The position numbers and the translations under genes are program-made. From Alphaproteobacteria bacterium (lineage in GTDB: Bacteria > Pseudomonadota > Alphaproteobacteria > UBA828): 64,000 nucleotides of DNA. Below the pieces are notes generated by a model. The model saw only the letters and a program-made list of their open reading frames with translations, was not told the origin of the DNA and did not search any database. The stretch spans positions 3,008,001 through 3,072,000 of the forward strand of contig CBDEFM010000002.1 in the NCBI GenBank assembly GCA_965237415.1, read 5' to 3'. Shown here piece by piece: positions 10,629 through 20,300 of the stretch (its first letter is position 1; each line of letters opens with the position of its first letter).

Positions 10629-11840
10629 CTACCCTGTCGGCAGCCGGCCTGTTCGTGGCGGAGTTTCTCGTGCCTTTATGCTGACCTTGAAATCGAAACG
10701 ATGGTTTTCGGTGTTGCCGACAATGCGGACGTTGTCCTTGGTTTCCATATCGACGGCGGCGCCGAGTCCGACCATGACCGCTTCATCGAGGATTACTCGG
10801 GCGGCCTTTCCGAGGGCGTGGGCGTGCGGAACGTCGATCATTGCCCGCATCCCTGCTTCGCCCACGTTCACTTCGAAGTATCTCCACTGACCAAAAGTAT
10901 GTCTTGCGGCCTGCAGCGTTTCGGCGATCTCCGGACAATCTGCCGCTATCCGTCTCCTGCCGGGCTCCGGCAGGTCGTCATGGAGCTCGATGAGATCGTG
11001 GGTCTTTGCTGCTTCATCTCCGCAGGTAAGACAGATGGCTTTCATGGCAAGCTCGCAGGCGAAGGCCGCAGTCATCGCTTCGATCAACGTGCTACCCATC
11101 CGGTTTTTCAGCCTGTTGCCGGAATAGTTCGGGTCATCCCTGAATCCTTCGATGGACAAGGGGAAGGCCAGGAATCCGTCATCCTTCACCTGTACGTCTG
11201 GCATATGGGCGACGGACATCTCGTCGGGATAGGAGATCTCCGCCACGCCCGCCATCAGGACATGGGCTTGGATGAAAAGCAGACCAGGCGAGCCCAGAGG
11301 GAAGTCGTGCCGGTTCAAGCGGTTTCGCTTTTTCCCCTCCGACAGCTTCGTTTGAACACGTGCCGCGAGCTCTGCCTCCGAGAGGCTGTCCGGTTCCGGA
11401 AAGATCTTTTGGACAAAATTCGCGTCGCCGCATTCAGGCGCTCGTCCCGATTGCATGTTCATGAGGTTGAGCGCGGTTCGATCCTGCATCTCGTTGAATT
11501 CGTCTCGCGCCTTCTCTCCCTCAGTCTTGGTCCCGCATACGCGGCACCTGATTCCTGTCCAGCCGCCATTGTCTTCCCGTCGTGCAAGCAGGCTGCCCCA
11601 ACAACGCGTGCAGCGACCCTTGAGCTTGACCTTGGTTTCCTTGTCCAGGAACGAGAAGGTTGAGGACATGGTGTCCAAATCCACGCCCCATTCGATCGGG
11701 ACGTTCGCAATGGAGCCGTCCTTTGGCGGGGACGGAACAGTACGGCGAGGCCCGCTGAAGCGATGGAGAAGCGGGGCCAGACGCTGTGCGGTCGCACCGA
11801 CGACGTTGGAGAGCGTGGCAATGGGAGATGACCAGGTCAA
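10629..11840 (-). CDS. Hypothetical protein with N-terminal Zn ribbon and C-terminal HEPN-like domain
   Basis: CTRC...CRVC; AFACELAMKA...KTHDLIELH...FGQWRY. True start may be downstream (MSSTF). Confidence 0.6.
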   Translation of the reverse strand: MTWSSPIATLSNVVGATAQRLAPLLHRFSGPRRTVPSPPKDGSIANVPIEWGVDLDTMSSTFSFLDKETKVKLKGRCTRCWGSLLARREDNGGWTGIRCRVCGTKTEGEKARDEFNEMQDRTALNLMNMQSGRAPECGDANFVQKIFPEPDSLSEAELAARVQTKLSEGKKRNRLNRHDFPLGSPGLLFIQAHVLMAGVAEISYPDEMSVAHMPDVQVKDDGFLAFPLSIEGFRDDPNYSGNRLKNRMGSTLIEAMTAAFACELAMKAICLTCGDEAAKTHDLIELHDDLPEPGRRRIAADCPEIAETLQAARHTFGQWRYFEVNVGEAGMRAMIDVPHAHALGKAARVILDEAVMVGLGAAVDMETKDNVRIVGNTENHRFDFKVSIKARETPPRTGRLPTG

Positions 11841-12682
11841 AGGACAGGACTCGCGGTAGTCAAACGGTTGTTGGCCGGTTCACGACCTCAATATGGGGAC
11901 GGGCAACAGTGGCTCAATCGGCGCTCCGAACAAGAATCGTAGGGTTGGCCCAAACCCGCAGACCCGCAATCATCGAGAGCTTCGAGGCAAGCCGAGCCCA
12001 ACGGCAGCGCAGATGCTGGTGCAACCGCTGAGGCTTGACAGTTCGGCGATCGCCGGCCGGAGATAGGGGGCCGTCAGTGCCAGGCGCCTCGCCGTCTTTC
12101 TGCGGCGGTTATGGAGCCCGCCCCGTTCATTGAAATTCCGTATTCGATCCGGCGGCCGGGATGTGCCAATCGCGGCACCATGCTGGAACGGCGGAGCGAC
12201 CATGTGAAGTTCCTCCCGGCGGTCGCGGCCGGCGGTGTCGGCACGGCCACATGCGCCGCGGGCATGGATTCGCCCGGCAAAGGCATTTTTTTCCCGGACC
12301 TGGAACTGTTAATGGAGTCGGTCCAGCACTCGGCGGTCCGAGCGTCCGCCGCGGGAGGCAGGACCATGACGGGGCGCGCGCCGCACGAGACCTGGGCAGC
12401 CGGATCCTTCCGGGTCCGCCCGGGCCGGTCGGAGCGCGAACCGGCCGGATCTCGGCGGGCCGGAGCGGAGAGCTTCGGGAGCGGGTTTCCATGCGGGAAT
12501 CGCCCCGGCGACACCGGGCGTCGGCGACCGCAAGATCGCGCCCGAGGACCGCTCCGGGGCGGGGCCGGGAGCTTGGGCGCCGCCGGGCGCGTCCCCGGGG
12601 CCGGTCCGGCCCGGACAAAGCCTTGCGTGACAACGGTTTGCGCTGATTTTCGTGCGCTGCGGCACCGCTCTGCGCGGTGCTC

Positions 12683-12718
12683 GATTGCGCTCGATAACTG
12701 TCGTTATCAACCGTAATC
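12683..12718 (-). other. lox-like recombination site A (imperfect)
   Basis: GATTGCGCTCGATAA-CTGTCG-TTATCAACCGTAATC; right arm has 3 mismatches; spacer is the reverse complement of the site C spacer. Confidence 0.8.
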
Positions 12719-12801
12719 TTGTCAACCCGGTTTCGCGCCCGCCGGCCTGCGGTGCCCTCCGCGAGATGCAGTCACCCGCCGCCGGCGGGCGCTACGTCGT
12801 T

Positions 12802-12831
12802 GTAATACAGGGTTTTTCCGGGGTCCGGCAA
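12802..12831 (-). promoter_or_regulatory. Candidate sigma70-type promoter inside the putative invertible segment
   Basis: Minus strand TTGCCG-N18-TATTAC in an AT-richer patch of otherwise very GC-rich DNA. Confidence 0.3.
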
Positions 12832-12883
12832 GGCTCGCGCCGGCCGCGCAGCCGGGACACCGGGCGCACCGGCGCCGCAAATT

Positions 12884-12901
12884 ATTGCGCTCGATAACTG
12901 T
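12884..12901 (-). other. lox-like half site B
   Basis: ATTGCGCTCGATAACTGT is identical to the site A left arm plus the first 4 nt of its spacer; no right arm. Confidence 0.65.
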
Positions 12902-13025
12902 TTTGTGAATCCGCGCCCGGCGGGGAGCGCGTGACCCGGGTCCGCCCGCCCGCCGGCCTTCGCCGGCACATGATCCTCTTATGGGATCATAAACATTCGA
13001 CCATGCCTGTACACCCCGGTGCGGG

Positions 13026-14009
13026 TCACTCGCGCCGCTGCAGCCGGGCGAGCTGCGCCGCCCCGCTGCGCCGCGCGAGCAGCCGCTCGCCGTAGCGGTT
13101 GACCATGGCGGTGGACTTCCAGCGCCCGGCCTGCAGGATCGCCGGCAGCTCGATGCCGGCGGCGATCATGTCCTGCGCCGCGCCCACGCGCGCGCTGTGT
13201 CCCGAGAGGCCCTGCACCACCGTTTCCGGCAGCCCGGCGCGGCGCGCCATGGCCTTGAGGATGCGCGGCACCTGGCCGGGCGGAAGTCCGCCGCCGACCC
13301 GCCCGCCCTTGCCGACCGAGCGGAACAGGGGCCCGCTCGAGACGCCGCCGCGGTCGAGCCACGCCCGCACCAGCCTCACACTGTCCGGCCCGACCCAGAC
13401 GATCTCGCCCATGCCCTCGCAATCGGTCTTGCTGCGGCGCACCAGGAGGCTGGCGTCGCCGCCCATTTCCTCAAGCAGGTCGGGCACTTGCAGGGATACG
13501 AGCTCGGCGCGGCGGAGCAGCGTGTCGTAGGCGACGGCGAGCAGGGCGCGGTTGCGGTCGTCGATCGGGCGGTCGCCCGCAGCCTCCACCAGGCGCTGGC
13601 GCAGCGGCCAGGTCAGCCCGTGCGCCTGGCCCTGGCGGCGCCCCCTGCAACGGTGCATGCGCTTGAGCGCGAGCCGCACGGCCGGGCTCTTGAGCGTCCC
13701 GGTGCATCCAAGCACCCGGTGGGCGACGGCGATGCTGGCGACGTAGCGGCGCACCGTTGCCGGCGCCCGGTGCTCGGCCATGGCGTCGACGAAGGCGGCG
13801 ACCGTCTCCGCCTTCGCCGGCAATGCCCTCTCCCCTCGCACGGCGCACCACCCGGCGTAGATCGCCAGATCGGACCTCACCGCCCGCTCGGTGTTGCTGC
13901 TGAACGCGTTGCGGGCCGCCCGGACAAAGGGTCCGAGCAGGTCCGCGAGCGCGGTCTCGCGTTCCGTTCCCGTCGCCTCCGAGACATCGAACGGGGGTTC
14001 GAAATACAT
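13026..14009 (-). CDS. Cre-like tyrosine recombinase
   Basis: N-terminal core-binding domain (SSNTERAVRSD...APATVRRYVASI); catalytic LLRRAEL, RRSKTD, SGHSARVGAA, AGRW (Trp as in Cre) and NRY. Confidence 0.92.
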   Translation of the reverse strand: MYFEPPFDVSEATGTERETALADLLGPFVRAARNAFSSNTERAVRSDLAIYAGWCAVRGERALPAKAETVAAFVDAMAEHRAPATVRRYVASIAVAHRVLGCTGTLKSPAVRLALKRMHRCRGRRQGQAHGLTWPLRQRLVEAAGDRPIDDRNRALLAVAYDTLLRRAELVSLQVPDLLEEMGGDASLLVRRSKTDCEGMGEIVWVGPDSVRLVRAWLDRGGVSSGPLFRSVGKGGRVGGGLPPGQVPRILKAMARRAGLPETVVQGLSGHSARVGAAQDMIAAGIELPAILQAGRWKSTAMVNRYGERLLARRSGAAQLARLQRRE

Positions 14010-14045
14010 CAGCGCGCCTCCGGACCGTCCAAAACAGACCCCCCG

Positions 14046-14081
14046 GATTGCGCTCGATAACGACAGTTATCGAGCGCAATC
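14046..14081 (+). other. lox-like recombination site C (perfect 15-bp arms)
   Basis: GATTGCGCTCGATAA-CGACAG-TTATCGAGCGCAATC, 37-72 bp upstream of the recombinase start. Confidence 0.85.
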
Positions 14082-14316
14082 GGCGCGCGCGGCTCGTGCG
14101 GGCGCACTGGGGTCAGTTGGATTTCCGGCGCGTTGTCGCGGCCGGGCTTCTGCGGGGGAGTGAGCGATGACGGCGAGTTGGCGCAGGAACGGGATCGGAG
14201 CAGCAGCGCGGCGGGCGGGCGCACCGGCCAGACTGACTCTACCCCCCGCACACCGGGTGCACACCGGGTGCGCACCCTACGCAGCGCGCGTGCTCGACAG
14301 CCCGGGGAAACCTGAC

Positions 14317-17300
14317 GTGACCGGTGCGGGCGCGCCGGCCCGGGGCGTGAGGCCCGCGCCGGCGCCGGCGGGCGCGGCGCGGCGTGCCGGAGCGCGCCTG
14401 GCCTCCTTCCTCCTGCTACTGCTCGCCGCGGTCTGCGCCTTTTCCCCGCGGGCCGAAGCCCAGCCGGCGGCGATGGACAGCACGCCGATGGTGACGACCT
14501 TTGTCGACAACACGGCGGAGAGTCGCTTAGGCGCGTCCGATATCTTTACCGATGGTGAATCCGCTCAATCCTTCACCACGGGCATGAACGCCGGCGGCTA
14601 TGTTCTCTCCAGCATCGAGATCGTAAGCACTGCGCAGAACAAAGCGTTTTCCGTAGAGGTTCACACGACCGATGCCGACGGCGGGCCCGATACCCTGTTT
14701 GCCACTCTGACCGCGCCGAGCGACTTTTCGGTCGCGGACGTCGAATTCACCGCGACCGCGAACACGGTGCTCGCGGCGAATACGACCTACGCCGTTTTTC
14801 TACCGGAACCGTCGGGTCTGGACGCATTCCTTTCGGCCACGCTGTCGAACACCGACGGCGGGAGCGACGGCTGGGGCATCGGCGACGCTTACCACTTCTA
14901 CAACACAGGTACCAGTGCGTGGCAGCTCGCTGGTAGCGGCCGTTCGCTGCGCATGGCGGTGAAGGGCACCGCGGTGGCGTCGTCAGGCTCAAACCCGGCG
15001 ACGGGCTTGCCGGCGGTGACGGGGACGGCGCGGGTGGGTTCGACGGTGACGGCGTCGACGGCCTTGATCCGGGACGCCGACGGGCTGACGGGCCCGGCCT
15101 ACGAATACCAGTGGCTGCGGGTCGACGGGGGCTCGGACACGGAGATTTCCGGGGCGACCGGGCGGACCTACGAACTGACCGCGGACGACGCCGGCAAGCG
15201 GGTCAGGGTGCGGGTGAGCTTCACCGACGACGCGCTGAACGAGGAGACGCTCACCAGCTCCGCCTTCCCGAGGACCGGGACGATCGCCATGCCGGTGCCG
15301 GCGATGACGGACCCGAGCGACCTGCTCTCGGCGACGCTGACGGTGAAGGATGTCGCCTCCCAATATCTCGGCTGCAGCGGCGGCACCTCGGCCAGTCAGG
15401 TTTCCTGCAAGAACACCGACGTGCTGACCGCGCGCGGTTTCACGGTCCCCGGCACGACCACGACCCGCAACATCGACACGATCCAGCTCAGCACCGGCGG
15501 GGGGCTCATCGTGAGTTTCGACGGATCGTTCACCGACGAGCAGAAGGCGCGGCTCGCGATCGCGTTCGGCACCACCGAGCTGGATTTGAGCGACGCCACC
15601 TTCTCGGGCAACGAAGCCCGGTGGACCGGCACCGGCCTCAGCTGGACGGCCGACGACACGGTCGCGGTGAAGGTCAAGGACCGGGGCACCGGGGACGTCA
15701 CGCCGCCGGCGTTGAACTTGCAAGGGAGTTTCGTCAACAGTCATGGCCAAAATTTTTTCCTGCAATTCAATGAGGTACTGGACGGGGACAACCTTCCACC
15801 ACCGAGCGCCGTCACCGTCACGGTCGACAGCAGTCCGGTCGCGGTGACCGGAATTTCCCGACTTTCAGGGACCTTGATTGTCGACGTTTCGCCCGTCATC
15901 CTGGCGGCCCAGACGGTCGTCGTCACCTACACCGACCCGACCCCGGGCGACGACGCGCAGGCCATCCAGGACGCGGCCGGCAACGACGTCGCCACCTTCG
16001 AGAACGTGGCGGTGAGAAACGGATCCACCGTCACCGGCGTGCCGGGCGCGCCGACGGGTCTGACGGCGACGAAGGCCGCCGGCGCGAACCGCGGCACGCA
16101 GATCGACCTTGCCTGGGACGAGCCGTCGGACACCGGCCTTTCGCAAATCTCCGGCTACCGGATCGAGTGGTCGGCCGACGGCAACGCGCCCTGGGCCGAT
16201 CTGGTCCCGGACACCGGCTCGACGGACAGGACCTACCCGGACAGCGGTCTCCCCTCGCCGACCACCCGCCACTACCGGGTCTCGGCGATCAACCAACAGG
16301 GCACCGGCAGCCCGTCCGGCATTGCCGACGCCACCACCGACGATACCGTGGGGCCGGTGCTGGAGAGCCCGGAGGTCAGCGGGACCGGCACTCAACTCGA
16401 ATTGCGTTTCAATGAGGCATTTCCCAGCCCCGACGCGCCCCCGAAGACCGCTTTCACGGTGACAGCCGACGGCGCGCCTGTCGACATCGGACACACAGGC
16501 GTTACCGGAAACTCCGGTATTCTATTGAACGTACTCTCCCCCACCATCCGGCAGGGCCAGACGGTCGTCGTCACCTACACGGATCCCAATCCCGGCAGCA
16601 ACGACGCCACAGGGGTCATCCAGGACACGTCCGGCAACGACGCGGCGAGCTTCACCACCGGCGCGGGCGGCGTCCCCGCGGTCGTCAACAGCTCGACCCA
16701 AGCCCCCACCGCCCCCGGCAAGGTGCCGAACCTGGCGGCCGCGCCCGGCGGCGACACCAGCATCGTGCTGACCTGGGACCGGCCGGCCGACAACGGCGGC
16801 CGGGTCATCGAGAGCTACCGGATCGAGGTCTCCGAGGACGTCGACCCCCTCGTCTGGCAGGAGCTGGAGGACGAGCACGACGCGATGAAGGACGGCGCGA
16901 TCGAGCGGCGCTACGAGCATCCCGGGCTGGATCCGGCCACCACCCGCCACTACCGGGTCCGGGCGAAGAACGCGGTCGGCGACGGCGACTGGTCGGACGA
17001 GGACGGCGCCACCACCACCTCCGGCGCTCCGGACGCCCCGACCGGGCTGACGGCGACGCCGGGGCTGCCGTCGCCGCGCGACGGCACGACGCTGATCCGG
17101 CTCGGCTGGGACGCGCCTACGCTTGCGCAGGAGGGCGATTCGCGGATCACCGGCTACCGGATCGAGGTCTCCGAGGACGTCGACCCGCTGGTCTGGGAGG
17201 CGCTGGTGCCCGACACCGGGAACCGGAACCGGGTCTACCGGCACACCGGGCTTGGCTCGGAGGTGACGCGCCACTACCGGGTCTTTGCGATCAACGACGA

Positions 17301-20300
17301 CGGCACGAGCCTGGCCTCGGAGGTCGACAGCGCCACCACCCCCGACATTTTGGGGCCGGTGCCGGTCTCGGCGAGCGTGGCCGAGACGGGGACCAAGCTC
17401 ACGATCGTCTTCAACGAGATGCTCGACGGGACGGCGGCGAACCTGCCGGCGGCCGGGCGTTTCACGGTCCGGGCCGGTGACGGGGCGCGGTTCAGGATCG
17501 GCGGCGTCGCGGTGAGCGGCACGGACGCGACCCTGAGCCTGCACGCGGACTCCCCCGTCATCCGGACGGGGCAGGCGCTCACGGTCGTCTACACCGACCG
17601 CACGGCGAGCGATGACGCGGCCGGGGTGGTCCAGGACGACGACGGCAACGACGCGGCGGCGTTCACGCTCGGGCCGGGGCAGACGGTCACGGTGACCAAC
17701 GGCTCGAACGAGCCCGCCACCGCCCCCGGCAAGCCGCAGAACGTCGAGGCGGAGTCCGGCGGCGACGACCGGATCGTGCTGACCTGGGATGCGCCGGCGG
17801 ACAATGGCGGGCGGGCGATCGCGGACTACCGGGTCGAGGTCTCGACCGACGGCAACCCGCCCTGGACCGAGCTGGCCGCCAGCCACAACACGATGACGGG
17901 CGGCCGGTTCGAATACACCCACACGGGCCTCGGCACCGGCGACGTGCGCCACTACCGGGTCTCGGCGCGCAACGCGATCGGCCGCGGGTCGGCCTCGGAC
18001 ACCGAGATGGGGGTGGTCGACCTGAAGGGCCGGGTGGTCCTCTCGGCCGCCGCAGCGAGCGTCGCCGAGGGCGGCAGCGTCGCCTGGACGGTGACGGCGA
18101 CGACGGACGAGGACGCGCGGCCCGAGAGCGGCCTCCAGATGCAGGTGACGGTGGTCTCGGAGGACGGCACGGCGGCGGCGCCGGGCGACTACGCGGCGCT
18201 CGAGGCGGCCGCCGGGACGGTGACCTTCCGGCGCTCGGACTTCCATCGCCGGAGCGTTCAGGACGTCGGCTATCGCTGGGTGGCCGTGAAGAGGGGCCCG
18301 GTTGCGGTGGCGATCGCCGACGACGTCGAGGTCGAGGCGGAGGAGAGTTTCGCGCTCACGATGTCGATCGGCAGCGGCGGCACCAGCTGGGTGCGCGGCA
18401 CGGACCGCGTGGAGGTCGCGATCCCGGACACGGACGAATGGGGTATCGCGGTGGTGGCGGAGCCGGCCGGGATCGCCGAGGGCGAGACCCGCGAGGTCGC
18501 GCTGACGGCGCGCATCGTGCTCGGCGACGGGACCGTGCCGGCCGAGGATGCCTGCGTGGCGCGGTTCCCGGTGAGCGTGCGGCTCGAGACCGGGGGCACG
18601 GCGACGGCGGGCACCGACTACACGCTCGACGGGGCGCTCGACGGGCAGACGATCGCGGCCTGCGGGGCGGAGGCGAGCTGGCGGGTGACGCTGACGGCGG
18701 CGGTGGACCGGGTGGACGACCCCGGCGAGACGGTGGCGTTCGCGCCGGAGCTCGTCGAGGCGCCGGAGACCGCGCCGGCGTTGCAGGCGCCGGCGGCGGT
18801 GACGGTGGGCGAGTCCCGGGGCGTGGTGCTGAGCGCGTTCGCGCTGGACGTCGAGGAGGGCGGCGAGGAGAGCTACACGGCGGTGCTGACCTCGCGGCCG
18901 ACGGGGACGGTGAGGCTGACGCCGAGGGTGTCGGGCGACCCGGACGTGACGGTCGAGCAGCCGCGGCTGACCTTCACGCGGGACAACTGGAACCAGCCGC
19001 AGACGCTGACGGTGCTGGCGGACCAGGACCCGGACGACGAGGACGACGCGGCAACGATAAGCCACGGCGTGACGGGCGCGGACTACGGCGCCAACGGGGT
19101 GACGGCGGGCGAGGTGCGGGTCGCGGTTCTGGACGACGACAAGACCTTCGGCGTGATGACGGTGCGCCTGTCGGACGGGGCGGACGGTGCGGGCACGCAC
19201 GATCCGGCGCCGGCCGAGCATCACGGGGAAGCGTTCCACATCGCGCTCTGGTGGTCGGAGACGCGGACCCACGATTATGAGGCGCCGCGAAAGGCGATCG
19301 GTGCGGACCGGGCGATCCGGGTGACCGGGGCGGCGGTGGTCCCGGTCAGGGACGAGCACACCGGCAGTTGGACCCAGTCGCGGCTGCGCCTCAAGCTGAC
19401 CCCGGACGGGACGGACGACGTGACGCTGGTGCTGGAGCCGATGGACTGCAGCTACCCCGACTGGAGGCAGCCGCGGCCCGACCCGCACGCGCTCTGCGCG
19501 TGGCGCCGTGACGGCCTGGGGATCACGGGGCTCCCGGAGCGGGTGCGCTGGACGGTGCACGGCATCGGCGCCGCGCCGGCGGCGCCGCCGAACCTGACGC
19601 TGGGCACGGACGAGATCCTGACGGTGCAGGCGGACGTGGTGGATTCGCGGACGGTGCTGGTGGCGGGCTTCGACGCCGATCGGGACGCGTCGCACTGGCG
19701 GGTCGAGGCGCAGGCGCCGGGCGGCGACTGGAGCGGCGCGCGGGTCTGGCGGGGCGCGAAGCACGGGAGCCGGCACAACGTGCGGCTCGACGGGCTGGCG
19801 CCCGACGGCGCCTGGGCGGTGCGGGCGCGCTGGGAGAACCGCTACGGCGCAGGGCCGTGGGCGGAGGTACGGACGACCGACGGGGTGGCGCCGCCGGCGC
19901 CGCGGGGGCTCGCGGCCGCGCCGGGGCCGGACGGGCGCTCGGTGCGGCTTACCTGGAGGCCCGCGAGCGCGGCCTCGGCGGCGCGCTACCAGTACCGGCT
20001 GGGCCGGCTCGCGCAGACGATGGCCGGGGGCTGGCTCGACATCCCGGACAGCGGTCCGGGGGCGGCGCACCGCGCCTCGTTCACGGTCCACGGGCTGGAG
20101 CGGGTCTGGGAGATCAAGGCGCAGCTGCGCGCGGTGAGCGCGTCGGGCCGGGCCGGGGCGGCCTCGGCCGAGGCGCGGGTGCCGGCGGCGCGGCCGAGGG
20201 TGCTGGATGAGGGCGTCGCGCTGACGTCGGATCCCGGCGAGGACGGGCGCTACGGCATCGGCGACCGGATCGAGGTGGCGGTGACGATGAGCCGCCCGGT

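Noticed and set aside
14249-14278. Short tandem gcacaccgggt x2 upstream of the giant gene
   Set aside because: Only two 11-bp units in GC-rich DNA; too weak to call an operator or slippage tract.
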